From contig CAYPXF010000004.1 in NCBI GenBank assembly GCA_964415025.1, positions 9,138-73,137 of the forward strand: 64,000 nt of DNA, read 5' to 3'. Numbering within the stretch: position 1 is the first letter of the stretch; every line of letters starts with the position of its first letter. The stretch comes from an uncultured Gammaproteobacteria bacterium. GTDB taxonomy: Bacteria; Patescibacteriota; Patescibacteriia; UBA10025; JAHIVO01. A model generated the notes under the pieces. That model was not told the DNA's origin, did no database searches, and worked only from the letters and a program-made list of their open reading frames with translations. Of the stretch, positions 37,531-47,200 are shown in pieces. The position numbers and the translations under genes are program-made.

Positions 37531-38016
37531 TTATTCGGTAGAATAGACGTCAGCAAAAATGAGGTTGATATAATCACCTGCCCGCACTACCACGGTATCA
37601 AGCGACCCTGTTACTCGTACGTTATTCACAAACACATGCCACGTATTGGCCGGTGGATATGCGGCAATGCCGTTAATAGCGCTGATACTGACTCCGTCAC
37701 TATCATACGCGAGCCGGACGCCAATATCGTGCTCTGTGCGCACCGCCTGTAGGAGTTTGGCAATCGTCATCGCTTCAGCTTCGATATTTATCATGGCCGT
37801 CGTGCGGTCACCGTAATCAATGCCGACTATCATCCGCTCGGTATGCGCCCCGGCAACAGTGCCTCGCGATAAGTCTACCGTACGGCTGCCTAATACTGCC
37901 ATCTGCGCTTCAGTTTGGTACGCGCTAATACCGATCATGGACAGGGCAATCACAAACACTGCTACCGCGATAGCGATGTATTCCCAATGCAATGCTGACG
38001 ATTGATGCTGTGCCAT
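37531..38016 (-). CDS. DUF4430-like membrane-anchored protein
   Basis: TM; ISAINGI....WHVFVNN.......V..GD.I pattern. Confidence 0.65.
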   Translation of the reverse strand: MAQHQSSALHWEYIAIAVAVFVIALSMIGISAYQTEAQMAVLGSRTVDLSRGTVAGAHTERMIVGIDYGDRTTAMINIEAEAMTIAKLLQAVRTEHDIGVRLAYDSDGVSISAINGIAAYPPANTWHVFVNNVRVTGSLDTVVVRAGDYINLIFADVYSTE

Positions 38017-38031
38017 AATAATAGGTGATAA

Positions 38032-38490
38032 TTATTTTTTATTCTTAATAATTTTTTTCAGCTCGCGTTCAAACGTTTTGGCGTCCTTAAACGAGCGGTA
38101 AACCGAAGCAAACCGTATATAGGCCACTGCGTCCACTTTTCGCAAGTGTTTCATCACAATATCACCGATCCGACTGCTCTTGATTTCGTTTTTACCCTCG
38201 GTCTGGATATCACGTTCAATTTTATTGAGCAGTTTTTTAAATTCGTCCTGTGTTATCGGACGTTTTTCAAAAGATCGCTTTAATCCGGATTCAAGTTTTT
38301 CGCGATTATAGGGCTCTGTCCGGCCATCCCGCTTAATCACCGTGAGATTTAAAATCTCTGCTTCTTCATACGTGGAGAAACGAAATCCGCATTTGAGACA
38401 TTCCCGTCGACGGCGAATTGCCATCCCTTCATTAACCATGCGGGAGTCGATGACTTTTGTGTCAGTATGGTGGCAGGCAGGGCATTTCAT
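38032..38490 (-). CDS. nrdR: Transcriptional repressor NrdR
   Basis: MKCPAC, VIDSR, IRRRRECLKCGFRFSTYE, ATP-cone, VAYIRFASVY. Confidence 0.97.
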   Translation of the reverse strand: MKCPACHHTDTKVIDSRMVNEGMAIRRRRECLKCGFRFSTYEEAEILNLTVIKRDGRTEPYNREKLESGLKRSFEKRPITQDEFKKLLNKIERDIQTEGKNEIKSSRIGDIVMKHLRKVDAVAYIRFASVYRSFKDAKTFERELKKIIKNKK

Positions 38491-38538
38491 AAACGTGAGT
38501 GGTTACCTTATGCGACGGCGTTCCGTAAGTCTAGACGC

Positions 38539-39762
38539 TTACATCATTTTCTTACGTATAAAGGCTGGGATTTCCAGATCTTCGTCCTCCTGCTGTTCTT
38601 CGTCCGGCGATTGTGATTCGCGTGCCGGTTTTGGCTGGGGTGCCGGTTTTGGTTCAGGACGCTTTGGCTGGGGTGCCGGTTTTGGTTCTGGTTCACGTAC
38701 GCGTGATGAAGCAAAGGCTGATTCAGATTTTTGCGGCTCTGGCTCGCCAAAATTATACTCGATTGGCTTTACTTTTTTGACCGGGCGCTGTTTGCCGCCA
38801 AACCCGGTGGCGATGACGGTAATTTTTACCTGGTCTTTCATGTTCTCATCCACGACCGAACCAAAGATAACCCGTGCATTTGGGTCTGCCGAAGCGGTAA
38901 TAACCCGAGCCGCTTCATTGACCTCATACATGCCCAGGTCAGGACCGCCGGTCACAGTGAATAAAATACCTTTTGCCCCCTCTATTGAGAGTTCGAGCAG
39001 CGGGCTGTCAATAGCCGCTTTAGCCGCATCCACGGCGCGGTTGTCGCCAGTGCCCTGGCCTATGCCCATCAGTGCTGATCCCGCGCTTTCCATGATCGAT
39101 TTTACGTCGGCAAAATCAACATTAATCAGGCCGGGTACGGTAATCAGGTCAGAAATACCCTGAACGCCTTGGCGCAATACTTCATCAACCGTGGCAAAGG
39201 CATCGAGCAATGAAGTTTTCTTATCTATTATCTGCAGGATTCTATCATTGGGTATGGTAATCAGCGTATCGACCTTATCATTCAGCTCACCGAGTCCTTC
39301 TTCAGCGATAGCTTTGCGCTGCGCCCCCTCAAAGGCGAACGGTTTCGTAACCACGGCCACGGTCAAGGCGCCAGCATCGCGTGCCAAATCAGCAATCAGC
39401 GGTGATGCGCCAGTGCCAGTACCACCGCCCAGTCCGCAGGTAATAAAAACCATGTCAGTGCCTTTGAGCGAGTTTTGCACCTCTTCCTGGTTCTCTTCGA
39501 CTGCCCTGCGGCCAAGCTCTGGATCCATACCGGCGCCCAGTCCGCGTGTGGTATCGCGTCCGACATGGATTTTCTGCGCCGCCCGAGAATGATGCAGTGC
39601 CTGGGCATCCGTGTTAACTGCTAAAAAATCGACCCCGCGAATCTTATCGCTGATCATCCGGTCAATAGCCGCGCCGCCGGAACCGCCCACGCCGATAACT
39701 TTAATTTTGGCAAAAGTTTCAATTTCTGGTTTTATTTCCCGATTATTAGTTCGCTGGGCCAT
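38539..39762 (-). CDS. ftsZ: Cell division protein FtsZ
   Basis: GGGTGTG signature, NTDAQAL, INVDFADV, C-terminal LEIPAFIRK. Confidence 0.98.
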   Translation of the reverse strand: MAQRTNNREIKPEIETFAKIKVIGVGGSGGAAIDRMISDKIRGVDFLAVNTDAQALHHSRAAQKIHVGRDTTRGLGAGMDPELGRRAVEENQEEVQNSLKGTDMVFITCGLGGGTGTGASPLIADLARDAGALTVAVVTKPFAFEGAQRKAIAEEGLGELNDKVDTLITIPNDRILQIIDKKTSLLDAFATVDEVLRQGVQGISDLITVPGLINVDFADVKSIMESAGSALMGIGQGTGDNRAVDAAKAAIDSPLLELSIEGAKGILFTVTGGPDLGMYEVNEAARVITASADPNARVIFGSVVDENMKDQVKITVIATGFGGKQRPVKKVKPIEYNFGEPEPQKSESAFASSRVREPEPKPAPQPKRPEPKPAPQPKPARESQSPDEEQQEDEDLEIPAFIRKKMM

Positions 39763-39781
39763 ATAGTATGAAAATTACAAA

Positions 39782-41035
39782 TTAAGGTATTAATGATTTG
39801 AACCATTGCTTCATCTTATTAGTCGCTTCTGAAACAGAGGTAACTTTTGAAAAGGCGCGTCGGCCGCTGTCATTGCCGCCCGTGTAAAAACCAAGCCCCC
39901 AGTGCAACAAGCCAACCGCAGTGGAAAAAACCGGATCGTTTACTTTATCAACAGCTGTAGTAGCCAGGTCAACCGGCTGACCAATAGCGGCTGGCAGTTT
40001 GAACTGTTTTTTAGCTACCTCTACCAGGCCGGGTAGTTTCGCGCCGCCACCGGTCATGATTACGCCAGCCGGCAGTAATCCAGAACGGTCAATCTTTTGC
40101 AGCTCCTTATCAGCCATGGTAAATATTTCCTCACAGCGTGCTTCTATAATTTCCGCCACGTGCTTGCGTGACACCATGCCTTCTTCACGGGAATCAATTT
40201 CCTCGAGGCTGATTTCGTCACGCTTATTGATCTCCGCGGGCAGTGCGGAGCCGTGTTCGATTTTAATTTTTTCTGCAATATCAATCGAGGTGCGCAAGCC
40301 AATAGCGATATCGTTCGTAATATGCGATGAACCGATGGGAATGATCGCGCTGTGCAGGACGTCTCCCTCTTCAAACACCAGCAGGCTGGTAGTCGCGCCA
40401 CCGACATTGAGAAAAGCCACACCGAGATCTTTTTGTTTCTTGGTCAGGACTGCCTCTGACGCGGCCAGTACACCGAGTACCAGATCGTCAATGTGGATAC
40501 CGGTACGGTAGATGCATTTGGTCAGATTCTTAATCTGTGATGACAGTCCCTGGATGATCTGCGCATCAACCTCCAGACGGATGCCGGTCATGCCGATGGG
40601 ATCCTTGACGCCTTTTTGGTTATCGACGGTAAAACTCCGCGGCACCACGTGAAGAATTTCATAATTTGGCGGTGTGGCGACCGCTTGGGCCGCTTCAATT
40701 ACCCGCTCGACGTCATCCTCCTTAATCTCGCCGTCGGATTTTGATACCGCGATAACCCCGTGTGAATCCTGGGATGTAATATGATTACCATTAATACCCA
40801 CAAAAGCATGCTCAACAGGTATGCCGGTCATGCGTTCCGCGTTTTCCAGGGCGCTTGATATGGCTGAAACCGCGTCCTCAATACTCGTGATCGCCCCTTT
40901 GCTCACGCCTTCAGCCGAGCTTTCAGCAGCGCCAAGTACTTGGATTTTATTGTCATGGGGATTGATTTGGCCAACAACAATACGTATTGTCGTAGAACCG
41001 ATATCAAGACCTGTTAGTATGTCTTCTTTTGCCAT
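39782..41035 (-). CDS. ftsA: Cell division protein FtsA
   Basis: GLDIGSTTI, DPIGMTGIRLEV, ITNDIAIGLRT, TGGGAKL, STAVGL. Confidence 0.97.
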   Translation of the reverse strand: MAKEDILTGLDIGSTTIRIVVGQINPHDNKIQVLGAAESSAEGVSKGAITSIEDAVSAISSALENAERMTGIPVEHAFVGINGNHITSQDSHGVIAVSKSDGEIKEDDVERVIEAAQAVATPPNYEILHVVPRSFTVDNQKGVKDPIGMTGIRLEVDAQIIQGLSSQIKNLTKCIYRTGIHIDDLVLGVLAASEAVLTKKQKDLGVAFLNVGGATTSLLVFEEGDVLHSAIIPIGSSHITNDIAIGLRTSIDIAEKIKIEHGSALPAEINKRDEISLEEIDSREEGMVSRKHVAEIIEARCEEIFTMADKELQKIDRSGLLPAGVIMTGGGAKLPGLVEVAKKQFKLPAAIGQPVDLATTAVDKVNDPVFSTAVGLLHWGLGFYTGGNDSGRRAFSKVTSVSEATNKMKQWFKSLIP

Positions 41036-41153
41036 AGTGAAAGCGGTAATAGTATGTTATGAGTTATAGCTGTATTATAAAATATATTATACAATCATGC
41101 AATGCGCCGGGTCAAACTGAACACATAATTTATACAAGACCGCTTTCAAACCA

Positions 41154-41522
41154 TCAGTAGGGCCATACATACGGTGCAAAAATCAGGATTCCGATAATAA
41201 CCGCACCAACCGTAGCGACAAGCACTGCCGCGGCCATAATATCTTTTATTACCTGCACATAAAAGTGGATTCGTGGCCGTAGCACGTCCACTAATTTTTC
41301 AAACACCGTATTAATCAGCTCTAGAATGATGACCAGCGACATTACCAAAAATAAAATAATAGCCTGCCATAGCGCCACCTGCAAATAAATCATCAAAATA
41401 ATAACTACTGCGCTGACGATCAGATGGATGCGGATGTTTTGTTCACTTTTAAACACGAACCAAAACCCCCGCATGGCATAGCGGAAACTTTTTCCTAACC
41501 TTTTATAATCTATGATTGCCAT
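41154..41522 (-). CDS. dgkA: Diacylglycerol/undecaprenol kinase (DgkA family)
   Basis: SFRYA.RG, EQNIRIH, ELINT..E..VD, KDIMAAAV; follows ybeY. Confidence 0.9.
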   Translation of the reverse strand: MAIIDYKRLGKSFRYAMRGFWFVFKSEQNIRIHLIVSAVVIILMIYLQVALWQAIILFLVMSLVIILELINTVFEKLVDVLRPRIHFYVQVIKDIMAAAVLVATVGAVIIGILIFAPYVWPY

Positions 41523-41527
41523 ATGGC

Positions 41528-41968
41528 TTATGATTTGTGGAGCTGTTCCATGATACACGCTTCCAGTCGCTTCATCCGACGGGCAGCAGCTGCCTGATGG
41601 TGATCATGCCCCAGCAGATGCAGTAATCCGTGTGCCAATAAAAATACTATTTCCTCGCTAATTGGTTTATCCTGCTCGCGTGCCTGACGCCGTGCGCGCG
41701 GGTAGGCTATTATAATCTCGCCGAGATAGCCAGTCGACTGGCTCGGCATCGGAGCAGAATCCTGTTCTGCAAAAGACAATACGTCAGTGACCCGATCCTG
41801 ATTACGGTAACGTCTGTTCATGTCTCTGATAGCATGGCTGGAGACAAAAGCCACAGAGACATTGGCCTCCTGGATTCGGGGAAGGCACTGCGCTGCCGCG
41901 TCAAATAACTTGGTAATTAACTGTTTGGGTACGCGGTACTTCCCTGCTTGTGCGATCTCGACCTGCAT
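41528..41968 (-). CDS. ybeY: rRNA maturation endoribonuclease YbeY
   Basis: TDVLSF, LGEIII, HGLLHLLGHDH. Confidence 0.96.
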   Translation of the reverse strand: MQVEIAQAGKYRVPKQLITKLFDAAAQCLPRIQEANVSVAFVSSHAIRDMNRRYRNQDRVTDVLSFAEQDSAPMPSQSTGYLGEIIIAYPRARRQAREQDKPISEEIVFLLAHGLLHLLGHDHHQAAAARRMKRLEACIMEQLHKS

Positions 41969-43078
41969 TTAGAGATAAAACTGATTGGTATTGTTTGTGT
42001 TTTGGTTTGTGTTAGTGTTGGTGTTAGAGTTTGCGTTGGTGGCGTAATTGATATTGATGATGCTGTTTGTATTTACGTTCGCAGTGCTATTAGTATTGGA
42101 ATTGGTATTGGCGATACCAAAACTGCGGTACATCATGGTAAAGGTAGACAGGTATGCCGCCTCGCTTAAAATATTGATATTATAACTGATCACATATGCA
42201 CTGACGCCATGCGTGTAGTACACGGTCAGGCCATCCAGGCTTTTGACGCCAGTCAGGGTGTTATCCCAATTCCGCACTGATTCTATCTGTGCCGAGCTAA
42301 TGCCGGGCGACTTGGAAATATACCAATCACGGGCTGACAGCCGTGCTGGATTATCCTGGACACTGACGCTGATAAATTCCCCGGTCGTCGTGAATATTTT
42401 ACCACTGGGGTTTTGGGGATCGTCTCCTACTGTCCAGTCAGACGGATAGTACAGCGTAAACGGGTCACTGGCACTGACATGGCGGGTAACACCTGTATTC
42501 AGGGCGATTTCCCCGGACCCGTTGGGATTATAGCCATTAATAATCTCCTGGCCGTCGCTATAGCTGTCGCCATCTGTGTCTGGTACTGATACTTTTGTGC
42601 CGTACAGCCCCTCTTCAGCATCAGTCAGATTATCCTGGTCAGTATCAACAGCACTGGCTACTTGATTGACATTCCCTATCGTGTTGGTCGCAGTGTTGGT
42701 ATGTTGGTTTGTATTTTCGAAGATATTCACCATATTTGTACCGGCATTTGTATTACTGGCCGCGTTAATATTGGCAACAGTGTTGGTATTGGCGTTTTGG
42801 TTTTGATTGGTGTTAGTATTGGCGGCATTAGCCGTATTTACTTGATTCGTAGTGTTGACGGCTGTATTAGTATTAGTTTGTTCGCCATCTCCCATAGTCT
42901 GCCATAAATAATAACCTCCCCCGCCGAGTACGAGCAGGATAATGATGATAATGCTGACGATGAGGAACGTTTTGTTACTGCCGCTTTTTTTGCTGTCATC
43001 CGTATAAAACTTTTCCGGCATAGTGTGGATGCGGGCTTTTTTACCTGAAGGCTGACCTGGTGATGTCGTATCGGCCAT
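41969..43078 (-). CDS. Membrane-anchored protein with N/T-rich linker, DxDxD Ca-binding repeats and a PsbP-like domain
   Basis: TM; DTDQDNLTDAEE, DTDGDSYSDGQE...GYNP; YYPSDW. Confidence 0.8.
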   Translation of the reverse strand: MADTTSPGQPSGKKARIHTMPEKFYTDDSKKSGSNKTFLIVSIIIIILLVLGGGGYYLWQTMGDGEQTNTNTAVNTTNQVNTANAANTNTNQNQNANTNTVANINAASNTNAGTNMVNIFENTNQHTNTATNTIGNVNQVASAVDTDQDNLTDAEEGLYGTKVSVPDTDGDSYSDGQEIINGYNPNGSGEIALNTGVTRHVSASDPFTLYYPSDWTVGDDPQNPSGKIFTTTGEFISVSVQDNPARLSARDWYISKSPGISSAQIESVRNWDNTLTGVKSLDGLTVYYTHGVSAYVISYNINILSEAAYLSTFTMMYRSFGIANTNSNTNSTANVNTNSIININYATNANSNTNTNTNQNTNNTNQFYL

Positions 43079-43096
43079 ACTATATGATTATGTTAG

Positions 43097-43717
43097 TTAT
43101 TGATTATTATTGGCGATCCCGGCCTGCAGATCAAGCAATTCGCCGGTTCCGAGCGGATTATACCCGTTGCTGACCTCGGTACCATCCATGTTACCGTCGC
43201 CGTCTGTATCCGGATTTAGAGGATCTGTCTGGTATACTTTTATTTCCTCACGGTCAAACAGTCCGTCACGGTCTGTATCAATGCTGCGCGGATCAGTACC
43301 GTACTCGGCTTCCTCTGCGTCCGAAAGGCCGTCACCGTCTTCGTCTATCTCCTGCGCCTGCACCGTAGGCAATACTGCCGGGGAGCCTCCCTGATCAGCC
43401 ACCCCCGTATCACTAACCGTTACCGGTCTATTCGTATCGGCAACAGTATTTGGCTCTTCATCATTCAGAAATAAGCTGGCTACAATGGTAGCTAATCCCA
43501 ATACTACTAGTATAACAAATATGATAACCAGCACAAAAGGAATGCGTTTATTCCGCTTTTTCGGGCGGATTGTCGGCTGGGGTGCTGACTGTTCGGCTGC
43601 CTGTTGTTGGCCGCGCGGTGCGGTGGGCGGCGGCGCAACTGGCTGCCGTCCTTTTTCTACATCAGCGAAAATATCCTCCGGTTCCTGTTTTTTATTGTTA
43701 CGTTTCTGCGCTGTCAT
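43097..43717 (-). CDS. Membrane-anchored protein with bacterial TSP3-like Ca-binding repeats
   Basis: DEDGDGLSDAEE..YGTDP, DTDRDGLFDREE, DTDGDGNMDGTE. Confidence 0.85.
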   Translation of the reverse strand: MTAQKRNNKKQEPEDIFADVEKGRQPVAPPPTAPRGQQQAAEQSAPQPTIRPKKRNKRIPFVLVIIFVILVVLGLATIVASLFLNDEEPNTVADTNRPVTVSDTGVADQGGSPAVLPTVQAQEIDEDGDGLSDAEEAEYGTDPRSIDTDRDGLFDREEIKVYQTDPLNPDTDGDGNMDGTEVSNGYNPLGTGELLDLQAGIANNNQ

Positions 43718-43727
43718 GTAGCGGAAT

Positions 43728-44294
43728 TTAATTCAGGGGGTCGTGCCCGCTGTTAATCTCAACATTGTCATCAAATCCATCATCATCCGAGTCGATTTTC
43801 AGCGGATCTGTTTTATAAATAATCAATTCGTCATAATCAGACAATGTGTCTCCGTCAGTGTCTGGCTTCAGAGGATTTGTGCCATATTCCACTTCCCCTC
43901 CATCAAGCCAGCCGTCATAATCCGAATCCTGATTTTCCGGATCAGTGCCGATATTTTTCTCTTCCTGATCGCTGATACCGTCAAAATCACTATCCGTAGG
44001 CCTCGTATCTTCAGTAATCTTTAACGTGGAAACTACTTGCCCATATTCATCGTGGGAATACTGTATTGTCCCCTCAATACCGGCCGGAATATTGTATTCC
44101 ACGCGTTCCTGGTCAGTAATATCACGATTCTCCGGAAGCGGCGCTCTATCGACATTACCTAAAGCAGCGGTATTGGTATTTGTATTGTTTTCATTATCTG
44201 GTGCTTCGCGCTGTACGGAAAAAAATACAATCGCCGCAATACCTATAACCAGTAAAACTCCTATTATAATTAAAAATGTTTGTTTCATCTTCAT
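43728..44294 (-). CDS. Membrane-anchored protein with bacterial TSP3-like Ca-binding repeats
   Basis: Four DSDxDG..D..E....TDP-type repeats after one TM. Confidence 0.85.
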   Translation of the reverse strand: MKMKQTFLIIIGVLLVIGIAAIVFFSVQREAPDNENNTNTNTAALGNVDRAPLPENRDITDQERVEYNIPAGIEGTIQYSHDEYGQVVSTLKITEDTRPTDSDFDGISDQEEKNIGTDPENQDSDYDGWLDGGEVEYGTNPLKPDTDGDTLSDYDELIIYKTDPLKIDSDDDGFDDNVEINSGHDPLN

Positions 44295-44297
44295 AAA

Positions 44298-47200
44298 TTA
44301 AAATGGACAGTCGTTGTTTTTTAATAAACAGCAACAATAATTAAAGCAACCTGGTAAAGTATCATCGGGAGGCGAACATTCGTATTTCTGGTCGCCGCAT
44401 TCTCCTTTAGTGGCGACGCACATTTCGCCTGATACATTTGTCGGGCCAAAGCTCTTATCACACTCATAGGCACACCAGTCCGTCCCGCAGTCATCAGGGC
44501 ACGTATTGGGATCTTCTACAATATAGTCGCAGACACCGTCACCGCAGTACCGATTGCATCTATTGGTGCCCGTATTGCACGTCGTTTCGATAACGCACTG
44601 ACTATTGTCGACACAGCAGTAATCCCGATCACCACGATACGGCATTCCCATGATATCCATATTTGCACTGCTAGCATTTGGTGTATATGTGCTTACCTGC
44701 CGATTAACTTCGTTCCAGCTGCCGAAACCACCCGCGGTAGAAAACGTGAACCGAGCTATCTGCCACCACGGATAGGCAGCACATGTTAGGTCTGGGGTCA
44801 CTGAATATATTGGCGTGGTAGCTTGGTTTTTTACTTCTACTGTAACATCTGACGTCCAACTGCCACCCGAATTATTTCGGCCATACAAATCATAGCGGAT
44901 TCCCGCAATAGTTGCTTGAACCAAGAGTATTTCTTTGAGCTCAGGATTGGCACTATTGTTATTAGCCACATAGACGATGCCGGGAGCGCTATCACTAACT
45001 GCTGAAGCGATGCCTTGGTCTTCGATCATGAGATATTCATTTACAATAGCTGGCGCGCCGGTAGAACTAATATCAATACGATAGCTATAGTCCAGACAGA
45101 CATTACTTTTGCAAACACCATTACGCAAACTGCCTGAAATTCTGCAGTCTTTTCCGTCCGGCTGACCAGTACAGCCTAATGTGCAGCTGCTAAAATCATA
45201 GGTGCATTCCTGGGCGCTACCCGGCGCAACACAGCCTAGAGTTCCGCCAGCATATCCAAAATCTTCACATGTCATGCCATTTAGATTACTGCCGTCGCAA
45301 TCTTCATTTGGATCAATAGTTATATTACCGCAATTAGAAGCCATGGCATATTGACAGATAGCATTACAGGTTCCTCCATTAACACACGTATCTGTAGTGC
45401 CAGAATTACCGTCATCGCAATCCGCATCGTTCTGACAACGGTATGCGCAGTTTCCGCTACAACACATGTTATTTAACGGTCCACACGCCGGCTCGAGCAC
45501 GTTGTGACGATCAGTAGCTAGCTGGCATGACCCGCCAGAGCACTGGTCTCCTGTAGTGCACGGATTACCATCATCACATGATGCATTATTAGCGCTGTGC
45601 GTACACGTACCTCCCTGACACGTATCGTCTGTACATACATTACCATCATCTGTACAGGTAGTACCGTCCGGCTGGCCAGAGCATTCGCCACAGCTGGCGG
45701 TCGTCATACAAATTGGCGGACTGCCACAGCACAGCTGGCCCGTGCCGCAGGAAGTACCCTCGGCTACTGGCGTATGGCTACAGCTGCCGTCAGCCTCGCA
45801 CTGATCATTGGTACAGGGGTCAGTATCGGCACACCAGCCGTCAGGATCAGCCTGGGCATTACAGTCAACGCAGCATGTCTGGTACAAATCAGAAAAGCCG
45901 GATTGACACGTGGCATTACATTGAATTGTGCCGCTTGTGTTCATGCAGTATACCTGTGCCTGCCCGTAATCCTGACACGCTACCGTGCCGCCGTAACAAG
46001 AACTACCCAGAGTACAATCCCCTTTCCACCGCGGAAAACTGCAATCATTTATTTTCTCAAAGGTGTCATCTACCCACACGCCACCAACGCAAGTTTGAGT
46101 TTTTTGACTGCCCACACACTGGGTATCACCGTCAGTACACGTAGTCGCGCAATCAGAATCAGCCATATCTATAGCACCATCACAATCATCGTCCAGACTA
46201 TTGAAACACTCTTCCTGGGTAGGATAAATAGCGCCAATACATGATCCCCAATTACCGGCAGCCGTACACGTCTGCGTACCGAAACTGCATTCACCCACAT
46301 CAGTCTGTCCGCATTGGCGCGTATCATTAGGCGTGCATTCGGTACACGAGCAGGTGCAATTGTTGCATTGCGGTACGCCTGTACCACAGCTGCAGTCTGA
46401 AGCAGCTTCACACTGTTCATTACATTCGATTATACCATTACCGCAAGTCGCATCTACACACTGACTTTCGTTAAACCGGCATTCATTCCCCGCGCCAGCC
46501 TCGACACATTCCAAATCACCGCAGTCATATCCCAGGGTAACGCATGATTGGCCGTTGAGATCTTCGCCGTCACATTCCTCGCCAAGGTGCGGGGTAACGA
46601 TGCCGTCACCGCACATGGGCGCGCCGCCGCCGCGGATATTGAGCCTGATTTCGATGGCCTCACTGCGGTTGCCGGCCGCGTCGATCGCGTCCACCTGGAA
46701 GGTATGCCAGCCGGCCGAAATCTTTTCCGGGTCAAATGTCCAGGCATAGTCTGGCGCCACGTCAGTGTGGCGGATAATATAATCCCGGTAAAAATTAACC
46801 TGTACAATGCCGATATTATCGGTGGCATCGACGGTCAGTGTGGTATTGCCAAATACGTCAGCGCCATAGACCGGTGTCTGCGGCCGGGTAAAGACAACCC
46901 GCGGTTTTTCATTATCATCAGCCGTATTGTTTATAATCACATTGATCTGTCCAGCGGCGGTATTGCCCGCATCATCATAGGCAATCACCGTCAGCCGGTG
47001 CGGCGCATTAGTAAACTGCCCGATCTGCCAATCCCACGACCAAGTATTCGCACCCTCGTCTATTGTGGCATTGCCCCGTAAAATATCATCCACATATACC
47101 TCGACCCGATTAACGTGCTGGTCATCAGTTACCGAGCCGGTCGCCGTAATATTCGCATTAAGTGTTTGACCGTTTGTCGGCGTGTCAATGCTGACTGACG

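Noticed and set aside
38342-39163. 273-aa plus-strand ORF and many other antisense ORFs in the track
   Set aside because: They lie opposite well-conserved genes (ftsZ/nrdR, ftsA, htrA, the giant protein), and have shadow-like composition with no motifs.
44298-45600. Diversity-generating retroelement target in the giant protein tail
   Set aside because: No reverse transcriptase and no template/variable repeat pair were seen in the window.
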